From Tubulanus polymorphus (taxonomy: Eukaryota > Animalia > Nemertea): a DNA stretch of 64,000 nucleotides. Shown in pieces: positions 25,887 to 37,924 of this stretch (the first letter of the stretch is position 1; every line of letters begins with the position of its first letter). Below the pieces are notes generated by a model. The model saw only the letters and a program-made list of their open reading frames with translations. It was not told the DNA's origin and searched no databases. The stretch lies in contig NC_134031.1 in the NCBI RefSeq assembly GCF_964204645.1, positions 8,618,001 to 8,682,000 on the forward strand. The letters are read 5' to 3'. The position numbers and the translations under genes are program-made.

Positions 25887-25942
25887 ATCTCAACACGTTC
25901 AACCTTTATGCCCCACTCATCAGTTGCACTATCCAAACATTC
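25887..25942 (-). CDS. Stomatin alternative exon B (ECLDSATDEWGIKVERVEI)
   Basis: 56 nt, phase 0 to 2, TTTTCTTCATAG acceptor and GTAAGT donor, canonical WGIKVERVEI motif. Confidence 0.93.
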
Positions 25943-26747
25943 CTATGAAGAAAATGTGATAAAGGCCTAGCCTATGTAGCTAAGAAGAGTGGATATGACA
26001 ATTCTCTCATGCACAGATACTGTTTCACTTGACATAACAACAAAAAAGAGGAAGTAGCATAAATGTCTATACACACAATCTTAAATGGCAAATGGCACAG
26101 GGGATCAGTAACCAGGTGCTCAAATCAAAATTCCTACATAACTGCCTCTTAACAAGCACTAGCAGACAAAAATTATTAATTCTTAAGAAATTTTATTTTT
26201 TGCATTCGTGTACACTGTAATAGGTGTAAAGTCGATAAAGATTAATGGATATTTAGTTTAATTGCCAAGAGGATTTCCAATGATGCTCGTGAAATGAATA
26301 AAAAGTTAATACAATAGGAATAACCTATTCAGAGAAAATTTTTTAAAGATAAGATCAAACATTAGAACTTATTCATTTTCTGCTATCCCATTCACCAAAA
26401 ATACATCCATGTTTGCCCATATGACTCTGAAGTGAATGTTTGAAGAAACATATGAATACTTGAAGTCATTTACAATTTTCTAATCAATTATCCCAAGGAA
26501 CCTAATTTTGTGCTGGCATGAACAGCACATCGTCTGCAGGCTGAAAATGTGCTACAGGGCCAATGTCACAATTCTGTGACTATGGCGGTTGGTAGGCGTC
26601 ACACTACAATATTGGGACTATGGCAGTTGAAGGGTTAATTAAACTGGTCAGAAATAAGGGTGAATAAGTGTGAGATTTAACTTACCCTGTAACTAAATAA
26701 AGCAAACTAGCCCAAAAGATCTATGGTTTTCATAAAGTCTGGGTCTA

Positions 26748-27101
26748 GGGACCATTCATTTATCAAACAGACATGGGGGGGAAGGGCTATATCTGACGTG
26801 TACAATGGTGATATCTTTATTGTACAAGGAATTTCTGATACCACATGCTACCCATAGACCTATATACAGCGATGTGTAGAGAGGCTCAAGCCAATACGCC
26901 AAAAACTAGTGATTTCATTATGGTACTGAATGCTACCGACCTTATATCAATATAAAATCAACGATCATAAGTATTTCCTCGTTTTGTGAAAACCCAATGC
27001 TTCCAGCCATTGCCTATGAATACACCTATATGCATGCATACAGGGGGAGGGGGGCTTAAAAAATCAGAATTTTATGTGTATGTAATAAATGAATGGTCCC
27101 C
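26748..27101. mobile_element. Harbinger-like MITE between the two alternative exons
   Basis: GGGACCATTCATTTA ... TAAATGAATGGTCCC. Confidence 0.6.
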
Positions 27102-27417
27102 TATGAAGATATTAAACTCAAATCTTTTATTTAGTTTCTACTCATCAATATTGGTGCACATTTGTTTCCATTGAGAGCTTACACAATAAACCCGAACAAC
27201 TTTTTGCACAAAGGCCTTTGTTTAATAAGGTTTATGTTAAAAAAGTTTAGTTTTTTTTTTCTTAAAGTGATAATCACCTGATTGTGCAATTTTTCACATG
27301 TCTTTGACCAAAAAATCAATTTTACAATACAATTAGTATTGTTTTTTGAGTGCTTGTTTAAAGACAACCTAGTAGGTGCACGACGAGACATGGTAATTTT
27401 CAACCGTGTTTACTTAC

Positions 27418-27473
27418 ATTTCAACGCGTTGTACGATAATACCCCAGTCGTACGTCGCATCATAAAGTGTTGT
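27418..27473 (-). CDS. Stomatin alternative exon A (TTLYDATYDWGIIVQRVEI)
   Basis: 56 nt, phase 0 to 2, TTTAACGTAG acceptor and GTAAGT donor, open frame, homologous to exon B. Confidence 0.85.
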
Positions 27474-28645
27474 CTACGTTAAACATTTACCATGTAATCA
27501 GTGACACAAAAGTGATGAATCAGGAATAAACAATTTTGACCACTCGAACAAATCAGTCAACAAATAATTTTCCAGCTAGATGCAATAAGATCAATAAGAT
27601 CTCCAAATTGAAAATTAAAGGAAGTTTTTATTAGCCACAGCATTTTGATAGCAGGTTGGAGCTATTTTTTCAATTATCAGTTCAAGGGGAACTGCAGTGA
27701 ATTTTCTAGTAACCACATGCGTTTAAAATACTTATATTAACTCATCTTTTGGAAGGTCGAAAAACATTTCATCCATATTTCAAACTAGGGGTCCAGGGAC
27801 ACCATGCCCACCTGGAAAGTGGTTTGAAATTTTCAACAATCTGACAATTTCAATATTCAATGGCCGATGGTAAACATATACAGAAACGAATGACCTTGAA
27901 AGTTACCATAATCATAGAACATGTCTTAAATTTAAATTTTAAATTTTGCAATGGAGTACCCGCACCGTTTTTGTGACAATCGAGGATTCCACCAGGTTCA
28001 CTAGTAGCTAATCTACTTAAAAATTAATTTATTGTAAATTTGCTAGGCCTAATGTAAGGAGTCTAGAAATTCAGTTATATGAAAATAAACTAATTTTTTA
28101 CAACTGTCTTATACAACCGAGTGTTTGCTACGCCATCTGGTGGGAGAGCTGGTGTTGCGGGTTCCCCATTGATTTTATTAACAGGATATGCCTAGGTATC
28201 AATATACAATATGGAAATACTAGGTTATTCTGCTATTTAATGCCCCCCTGGTCACCATACACAATAACCAATTACTTTGAAACTCGCCACAATCATAGTA
28301 CATGTCATGAGGTAATATTTTGCAATTAATTGCTGTTACAAAATATGCATAGGTACCAATATAAATAGACAAATTTCATATGATTCAATATTCAACTCCT
28401 CTGGTGGCGAAAACAAAAAAATGGATAATCCCAATTTCATGTGAGATGTATCCTATGACAAAGCTAACAACTATAAAAAAATCAAGATAAGTTAAAACCT
28501 GTTGATGTTTTTCCTCAAAAACCTATTTTCCATCTACGAATGATGACAAAAGGTGGGCCAACGATTGCATGACAATCAACTGATGGAAAAACCCATCTAG
28601 TATGTTAAAGAATGAAAGTTTCCAAAGTAAACCCATCAAAAATTA

Positions 28646-29281
28646 GGCCCTTCAAAATTGATACCTTGTTTCTCATCCAAACCTCTCATGACGAGGGCGG
28701 GCAAATTTTTTGTTTATGAGCTTTTTTAAAATAAAAAAGTGGAAATAAACTCGTATTTCCATATTTTCCAACGAGACGAGGGCGGGAGGTTTTTCTTTTT
28801 AAATAAAAAAAAATATTCCTTTTACAATACTTAAATGAGACGAGGACGAGTTTTTTTTCTCTTTAGAGACCAGATCCATAGAAAGTCAAATGCACAAGAC
28901 CAAGAATGTACATTTTGCTTATTTTCTTTTATTTAAAACATCTAAACTACAAAATTTTAAACAAATGCATTTTAAAAAGGCATTTGATCTCTAGGATCAC
29001 ATGCCCAATCATTTAGTGAATTGCTGGGAATGTCATCCTTATCATATGTAAACTCCACACACAGTCGTACTAATTATCGCCAAAAAACGATATGCACAAA
29101 AAAAAAACGACTGTACAACTTTCTTCCATCACGCGCGCGTGAGGTGTTTTTATTTTATAAAAAAAAAAGAGACGACCGTAACTAATCTGTTGCGGGTTTC
29201 GGACTTTATCATTTTCTTTTTATTTTGGCTATCGGGAGTGACGCGATTTGATGAGAAACAAGGTATCAATTTTGAAGGGCT
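28646..29281. mobile_element. MITE with TTA TSD (PIF/Harbinger-like)
   Basis: ~32-bp TIR GGCCCTTCAAAATTGATACCTTGTTTCTCATC with TTA on both sides. Confidence 0.8.
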
Positions 29282-29783
29282 TTACATATCATTAGGAGGC
29301 TACAGGTGTTGGGAATTCAGGGCAAAAATGACCTTTTTGGGCAATAAAAAGGTCACAGGACGGCAATCCTGTGCCCAACCGACCCAAGTTGACATAGGTG
29401 GATATAGACGTATGTGAAAGATCAACATAATAATTCATTGAAGCATCTTCAAAATCTCTCTTGAAAACTCTAACTAGATGAGTCGGTAAGCCTCTGATGC
29501 CTCCGCTTGAAAGCTACGTCTATACTAGACCAATTCCTCTAACTATCAGGTAATGCTGTCTATATCAATTGAAAACACTGGGTATTGTAGCTAGATAGAT
29601 ATGTGAAAAAAGTTTTAGATATTTACTTATTGTTTTTGAAAGCAGCCACCTGGTGGCCAGAATTTAAACTACAGCAACCTGAATTTATATTGGAATGTAC
29701 CTCGGACCAATTCTTACTTGTCTACCAAGAATTAAAAATGGCTATCTTGAATCTGACTGGGCGAGTTTTTGGTGTGTATAGAC

Positions 29784-30550
29784 CAGAGCTGCCAACCTAG
29801 ATTTTATCTTTTGCTGAATTTATTTGGTGTAAATCGGATCACAAATATTTCTAATATTTTGTTCATAACTTTTGAAGAGGAGGCCGGTGTCGGCATCAAG
29901 GTGTGTAAGGCTGTACGTACGGGTAATACTGGCGCTTACAACAGGCTCAGCATTGATGGTGTATTTATGTGCGAGTAGATGTAATGATCTGCTTTACCGC
30001 TAAATCGGCGTTCATCACGCATGATTTTAAAAAATTATATTATTCAGAGTATTTAAATATTATCATGATAATTATAATATTCTTGAGCAAGCGAATAACA
30101 TCTGTGGACCTATTTCATTGAGGCGTATCACGCAATCTGAAAATCTTCCCATCCTGTCACGTGACTTCATTACTGCATCTTGACGATAGCTTAGGTTCTC
30201 ATTCTTCGAACCAAAAATCATTATTAGGGCAAATTACTACAAACAAAATTTGTGTTCCCGTTTTCTTACACCGTACTAGTGCGTAGACTACATCTTCATC
30301 TTAGTACAGATGGCACACTAGGACAGTGTCATATTGAGAGTATAATTTGAGTTGACAAGAGATTTTGAGAGATTTAAGAAAGAACGATGCAATTTGCCAT
30401 TAAAACGATTAAGTCTTCCGTAACTTATCAAATTTTTCAGTATTCTCAGGTGAATAAAAATCTGTAACAATTCTTCTAAAAACAGAACACCGTATTTTCA
30501 CACAATATTCCGGAACAGTTTCGGAAAAATCAGAACGGTTGGCAGCTCTG
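29784..30550. mobile_element. Non-autonomous hAT-like element with a 6-bp TSD
   Basis: 14-bp TIR CAGAGCTGCCAACC. ATAGAC at 29778-29783 and 30551-30556. Confidence 0.82.
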
Positions 30551-30686
30551 ATAGACCATTGTATTAACTAAATATCAAGACAATTTATTGAATCATTTTC
30601 AAAACTTCCCAAAACAGCTGGATTTAGTCTACAAACCGATGGATGAAAAGTGAATGCAACAGCCCGCGGGAACATAAGTCCCAAGT

Positions 30687-31520
30687 GGGGATATTGACAT
30701 CGACAAATTCAAGTTCTTGAATTACTCGTTTGATGGCGCTAGTCAGAACCGGAAATTGGAACCTAAATCCCCCATGTTCTAGTTCATTTGCAATAAAAAT
30801 CTCTCGCTTCAAGTTTTTAGTTAGCGATATTTTACTTACCATACAACGGCACGCATAATCCTTTGAGTATGATATCCTGACAATGTGTTGAATTTGATAA
30901 AACCTCACTTCGTACGCTAAAGATCACTAGAAATATCAAAAAACTACCAAAAATAACAAATTTAGCGATGACGCCCGAAGCAGCTAACGGAAGTAATGAC
31001 TGGTGCCGGGTGTCATCACTTTGTTTTTGAGTTCAAGACTCTAAGGTAAATTTTACACTGATAAATATGAAATAATACTATGAAATAAAATTGATTTTAG
31101 AAGGACTAAACTCGTAGATTCATAATAAAAATATGAAAAGTACCAGGACTCGAACCAACAGTCTTAATTGGGCCATCAAGTGCTGCCACCATGTGATACC
31201 TGGCAACCAGTCTTTACATCGTCAGCCGTTGCAAAATGTTTTTTTGATAATTTTAGGACATTTATAGTGATTTCTAGCCTTTGCAGTGAGGTTTTATCTT
31301 ATCCAACGTAGCAGTAGGATAACCTATTTCAAGGATTATGCGTGATGATATATAGTAAGTTCAATATATCGCTCATAGATATATCGCTCATTGAAAACTT
31401 GAAGCGAGAGATTTTCATTGCAAATGAACTAGAACATGGCGGATATAGGTTCCAATTTCCGGTTCTGACTAGCGCCATCAAACGATTAATTCAAGAACTT
31501 GAATTTGTCGATATCCCCTA
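30687..31520. mobile_element. Long-TIR (foldback) MITE
   Basis: GGGGATAT..CGACAAATTCAAG... / ...CTTGAATTTGTCGATATCCCC with inverted arms over 130 bp. This explains the mirror ORFs 30624-30908 and 31342-31599. Confidence 0.8.
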
Positions 31521-32549
31521 TTGCAATGAGAAATGGCAAACTAGTAGGAAGCTACAGGACTCGGAATTCGGGCCAAAATTGACATTTTTGTCCACTTAAA
31601 AGGTCATAGGACGGCCATCTTGAGTCCGATCGACCCAATTTTTATGGGCCCAGGGGGTTTTCGAATATAATTGAAAAAGATCAAGGTAATTGATCAAAGC
31701 GTCTTCAAAAAGTTCAAAAACATGTAAAAAGTGCTGATTTTGGTGAACAACAATGGCTGCCAGTCGGCCATCTTGATTTTGACAGGGCCAATTTTTTGGC
31801 CGAAGATGTGTCTAGGGTAGATACATGTGTAACCCGAATATCGAGACATTACATTGAAGCGTCTACAAACCTTCCCAAAATAACTGGATTCCGTCTATGG
31901 ACGGACGGACGGACGACGGATAAAAAGTGAACGCAATAGCCCGCTGGGACTAAAGTCCCAAGTAGGCTAAAAAGGAGAGGTTAAGCAGAGTCCTAGGGCC
32001 GCCGCCATGACACGAGAAATGGGGAGAGTGTAACTTAGTACAATGCTGTGTATTCCTTTGTTTATTCTTTGTGTATTCATTACATGAAGCCTGACAACAT
32101 TTTGAAAATGCAGCATTTGAATGTATATTGAATATTGTCTAGTGAATATAGTCATATAATGATTACGAGATAGATGGAGATGACACTGGCAGCTAAGCAG
32201 GAAAATTGTTGACAGCCAGATTTTTAATGAGTGTGTATGACACTCAATTATGTGAGTGGCTGGACTACATCATCAATGTTTAAATGCCTCACTTTGTGGA
32301 GTTTCTAATATGACAGCTCCCAACCACATTACATGCTACCGATAGCCATATAAGTTTCCTTGTCAGAGTTAATTTGAGATAGAAGTTCAGGAGTTTGGAG
32401 TAAGAAACTGGACGCTTAGATATGCGTTATGTTTCAAATAAAGAGAGATAACGGAAACATGATAACACAAACAAGAATCAGAATTTTGGACTCTTGAACT
32501 GAGTCATGGGCAATTAAGACTTTGACCAAACTGTCAAACTAAATGTTAC

Positions 32550-32753
32550 CTGCATTGCAGCGCTGATGCTTTCTCTTTCCGATAATATCTCTGAGAGATT
32601 CCTCGTTCCAAGTACATTTCTCAATGTCGTCTGCGCTAACAATCGAGTTGAATGATGCGCATCTTCAACATTAGCAACGGATATTGTAGCATTTGACACA
32701 CGGTAATATACAACTGCATCAACCGATACTGTGACACTATCACGAGTTAGTAC
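32550..32753 (-). CDS. Stomatin exon (VLTRDSVTVSVDAVVYYRVSNATISVANVEDAHHSTRLLAQTTLRNVLGTRNLSEILSERESISAAMQ)
   Basis: 204 nt, phase 0 to 0, AG/GT flanks, SPFH core motifs. Confidence 0.97.
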
Positions 32754-33205
32754 CTACAACGAGACAATCAAACATAAGCCACATTCACACTACCACTAGT
32801 CAACCCTTTCGTTACGTTATGTGGTGACTTGCATTTTCATCAATAATTTTCATAACACCAATTCGCCATCTATCGCAAAACTTTATTAACTTTTCAGCTA
32901 CTATGCACGAACAGTTGTTTAAAAACATATTTTGTAGATCAATATTAATTAGTATATTTCTGATGGAATAGAATCATAATAGAATAGCAGGCTATGTATA
33001 GATAGATAGCAATTGGTAGGATATCCGAACTTTATTAGAGCTTTTTCTGTAAAAATAAAAGTTGTGTTAATTAGGTAGCGACTTAAATAATAAAATCAAC
33101 AAGAAACAAAATTCTTAGTATGGACTTTCCTAAATTTACATGAATGTTAAATCAGCATCAAAAATAAATATTGGTACTCTAGAGATTAAGCAGAACAAAT
33201 GAAAA

Positions 33206-36200
33206 ATATAGCTGCAAAGCAGCGACAACGGGTTTCTGCCTCGCTGGTTTAAATTTCGCACTGGGAAGCGCACAAAGATTGCACCATATAATTCTTATCA
33301 GTTCATAACATGCGACTATATTGAAAGAGCGGGACACATATCCGGGATATGTGGATCCACAAGGGCTAACACGTAAAAAGTACTGATGTACGTTAATTGT
33401 TTGGCGCTTTTATAGTTCCGTTGGGGAGTTGCATGAACTAATCGTACCCGTTGGTATATGGCACCATTGTGTATACTTATACCATGTTTTTGATGTGATC
33501 CAGCTTTGAAATCGAATTAAACCACCTGTACTCAATAAATGCTAATTGATTTCAACATGCATTCGTGAAGCATTTTGATAATATCGCATCATTAAAGATC
33601 TTGATTTGTTCTATCAAGAACTCAATCTTATTCTGATGAAATGACGTTAAACAGAGATAAGGACATATCTCTGTTAATTCGGTAAAAGACATCTGTTTTA
33701 TTGAAATATTTGAATAGATACATTATGTAAAGTTCTAGATCGCCAATTAAGCACTATTATCAATATTATTATAAAATATAGCTGCCAAGCAGCGATGACA
33801 GGTTTTCTGCAAAGCCATTCAGAATGATGGGAATTGTAGTAAATTGAAATATCGATACATAGAATAAAATGCATTGACAGATTCAAACCTAATATGCTGT
33901 GTAAACGTCAAATATGATTCAGCTTTGAAACCGAACATACGTGGACGTACAATCACAAATATTAATTTATTTGACCAGGCATTTATTTTGGCATTCAAAC
34001 ACCATGATACTGTATTATCACCATGCTTAAAAATGGATCTGCCCTATTAAGAACTCATCTTAAGCACCTGCTGAGTCGATAGATTGAGTGAATTTACAGA
34101 TAAGAACGTACTATGATTTAGAATAGATTTAAGAAGTTAATGTTTTTATTGAAATATTTGAATAAATACATATATTGTAGTGTAGATTCAATCAATAAAT
34201 TATGAATTGATCTGATCTGGGTTTCTGGTTGATGTTGATTTTGGCTTTTATGGATTACAAATTCTATAGTGATAAACAATTGATACCTGCAACATGTGTG
34301 TAAATCAAACCTATTCCACTAGTTGCGTGTGTTTCCTAATTAACGGGAGAGTCACTCATGATCCGAGTTATTAGAAAAATAATGTTCATTTAGTTATAGA
34401 AATTCATTGCCTTTTTGGAAATTCTGTAATAATATTTGTTCTGTCCTAATTTTTATTACTGTACGAACCAATGATATGCTTTGTAAATATGATGTAATAA
34501 CATAAATTTGAATTTGAATTAAATTTGAACATGAGAATCAAGCATAACTTGTGTTTTTTCAACTTGTCTTTTGTTAACAGTTCCAGAGTTTCAATTACAA
34601 TCAAATCCAAATTGGCTAAAAAGTACATAGGACTAAATGAAATGAACGGTTAGTTACTGCAAACCTATTCCAGTGTTATGTCGATCGTGTTGAATCACTT
34701 TCCTTGAGTTGAAAGAATCAGATCTTCTATGGTGCAACATCGGTCGAAGAGAGATATCTTGGCGTTGACTGTCCTTGACATTGGAATCAGCATCATACCC
34801 ATTTGAACTGCAAAATATTCATACAACATGAAAACCTACAGTACATGTATACAGTAATCAAACTTTCACCGATGTTGGATATTTGAATGAACGTTGGGCT
34901 TATTTCAGTATTCTAAAGCAGGAAATAATAAGCCCAATAAATAGGCCCTATTCCCATTGGAACAATTGTATAATTCGTACAGCAGCACTTATCAGTCAAG
35001 TATGGAGAAATCGGTATACCAAACCTACGAAGAGCAAAATGTACAGGGCTACAATGATTTCTGGTATACAAGCCGTGACCACATGAACGTTTTGGTTTGA
35101 CTATTAATGTCAGCAGGTCAGAGAAGGCCTGGCCAAATTTAATCACATGGCTCAAATCAATTAGCCTTTCTGCGTGTGAATACTTCACTGTAGTTTTAAA
35201 AATAGGCCTATCGAGTGAATTAGTACAAAGACTGAATTAGACTTTAGGCTAGTCCTGACCAAATCCTATCCATGTTATAATTGCACCAGTTATAGTAACA
35301 TCACTGTAGGGCCGACGAGAGGGAAAAAGTTGTGTTTGTAGTACATAGGCATGGTAGGCTTGTCGTACTCACTTAATACTTAAAATGCTGTTGTTACCTG
35401 TACGTGACTGTACGGTGATTTCTACAGGTTAGCCGTATGTGAGTACGTAGACGCTCAGACTTGCAATATTGGGATTCGAAACCAGACGAAAAAAAATCCA
35501 GTTGTAGTCCAGTGATTTACCCACGGTGCCACAGAACGTAACTGCAGGGTGGATGTAATTTGATTTACAAATAGCCTAGCCTCACCTAACCCAAACTCTA
35601 TTCTTTCACGCATGCGCGTTTGCAGATTATAGGAACTCACGTACGGCGTTTTTAGGGAACTCACGTACGGTTAATCTGTGGATATCACCATACAGTCACG
35701 TACGCATAACAACTTCGTACTTAAAAAATGGTATTGGCTACTATATAATAGGCCTATAGACAAATAAATACCGGTTGGTAGGCTTTCTTAGCTTCCACAC
35801 TTCACAACCGAACCAACTGACCAACCAGTATATTTATTCCCAGTACGCCGGCGCAGGCCTAACACTGTTTGTCAACTGTGTGTACCGTAGTAGGCTATCG
35901 ATAATCACCTGATACTTTTCTGTCGTTTGTTTTCTCTCTGAGACGAACGTGATTCTGCACCGTAATTCTAGTAGCCCTCCGCGACTCAACGACCTTGATT
36001 TAAACTTGATCAATTCAAAATCTGTTTATTGACGCTTTTGGTTACATGAACTGATCAGCAATATACTTAAATGAAATAACCGGAATAACAAGAAATCAAA
36101 AATATTAAAGAAGTAACAAACAAATGCCCATAAACCTGTCAGACAAGCGAACGCCGGACTCGTAAACTATTGGACTCGGACCTGCTGAGCAATAAATTCA

Positions 36201-36559
36201 TAAAATTGACTTTGAAATTGATTGTGGAGAAGAGAGGGAATAATTCGATATGCTCTTCCTCATAAAGAAGAGAGAAATTTCGGAAAGAAAACACAACATG
36301 GCTTCTAATTGAACGGAGCCAAATTTCCGATTTTACAGCTGGACAGTGCTTTTATAACGTGGATTTATCAAAATTCCCGTGCAGTATCTGGAGATTAAGT
36401 GAGCTGAAGGATATCATACGGATTGTATCGGCGACAGCGGTAAGGTAAGGAAGCCTTTACACTTTTTACAAAAACTGTGTGGAAAAGGGAAAAAAATAAA
36501 TAATAATAATCACGCGAATTTCAATAGGGTTTTCTGTGAAGAAACAGAAAACCCTAATT
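33206..36559 (-). mobile_element. Probable Helentron-like non-autonomous element (family D)
   Basis: Minus strand starts TAATTAGGGTTTTCTG..CAGAAAACCCTA (hairpin) and ends GTCGCTGCTTTGCAGCTATATTT (stem-loop). The 3' end is repeated at ~33775. Confidence 0.45.
35386..35717. mobile_element. MULE-like MITE
   Basis: Imperfect ~55-bp TIRs and 9-bp TSD TACTTAAAA (35377-35385, 35718-35726). Confidence 0.75.
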
Positions 36560-37924
36560 AACAACTGATGGAATCCCAAGCAAAGAATCCCTTCAGGTCA
36601 TATGTATGTAAAATGTCAGAAAACCAGTTATTGCTGCTTTACAGCAATATTTTTGCAGTCTAACTTGTTTACGTCTCAGTTGCAGTGGGGCAGGGCGCTC
36701 ATTATAATGCTCACTCAAATCACTTACACTGCAGCCCAACGTTTTTCAGTGTGTAAACTCCATCGTACTCGATCGGTATACAGGGACATTGAGGAATTGA
36801 ATTTTAGGCACCTGAGCCCTCACTTAATTCGAGCAAAAGACCTTAACTGACTTCACAGAATTTGATTATGAGTCGAGGATTTTCTAAATTGCTGAATGCT
36901 TTCTGCTCTGGTTTTAAGATCAATTCAAATTCAATCTTGAATGCACAAAAATTAGTCAAATATATATATATTCATTTTATTGAAAGAAATTCTACTGAAC
37001 ACAGAATTTGAAATGTATGATGTGTTTGTTGATTTATCCAGGCGAAATAATTAAAGCAAAATCAACTGTCAATCAACAAGGTGAAATTTTCATTTATCTT
37101 CGGATAATTTGTCTACCCCTGATGATACAAGCATTTTGGTTACACCTTTTGAAACCTCAACGCTTTATCTGCACGTGTCAATTAGTCAGCCACAGTCGAT
37201 TTTCATGCCATCTGACCTCTTTCCACCTGTAATTACGCAATCAAATGTAAGAATTACTCAGTTATGTAATATAATAGAGGAGTGAAAGGAAATATAATAG
37301 ATACCTTAGGAGACCAATTTAAATCGTGCGTTTGTCGGGAAAAATCTATTACTACTGTCTCCCAGAGCATAGACCGTTAAGCCATGTGGAATTGGTATTT
37401 CAAGGGCTATTCGGTTTACTCCAAAACAAGTGTCTGATAAACTTTAAAAAGCTTCCGTAGGACTCTTGATGCCCATGAATTATCATCCCATAATAACAAT
37501 GAATCCAATTCTGCATGTACGTTAGCACGACTGATTACTAATCCAAATATTTTAAACATGGCATTAGAAAAAAAAAACAATTACACAAAACGTCAAGTAC
37601 TTACAGCATCTGAGACAGTTGCGCATAAGTTGGCTTTGATTGCCAATGACAAAAAAGCTTGATCTGAAACGTACACTTGCACACTGTGGTTTAAATATAT
37701 TCCCACCAGCTGCGAGAATCCGCAAAGGAATAAAATAAATTGAAATTGAAAGGAATTGAAGACTGTAGTAACCAGTTTATTCCACGATGAATAGCTGGAA
37801 AGGAAGTAATCGAAATAAATAGTCGTATACATGAGTGTAAACCAGCCCCTAACTAACTACTTAGGCTTTCCACTGGCTTTACACACTACATTAAGGGCCT
37901 AAATCTATTCTAGGCGTATCCCCC

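Larger units (their letters stand above)
27782..31971 (-). mobile_element. HINE family B cluster with several nested MITEs
   Basis: Same termini as 17079-17826, plus a (GGAC)n microsatellite at ~31899-31920 typical of DINE-1-like elements. Confidence 0.6.

Noticed and set aside
27474-32549. Additional third copy of the alternative stomatin exon
   Set aside because: Scanned by eye for WG.V.RVE-like frames with AG/GT flanks and none was found; the interval is mostly nested transposons.
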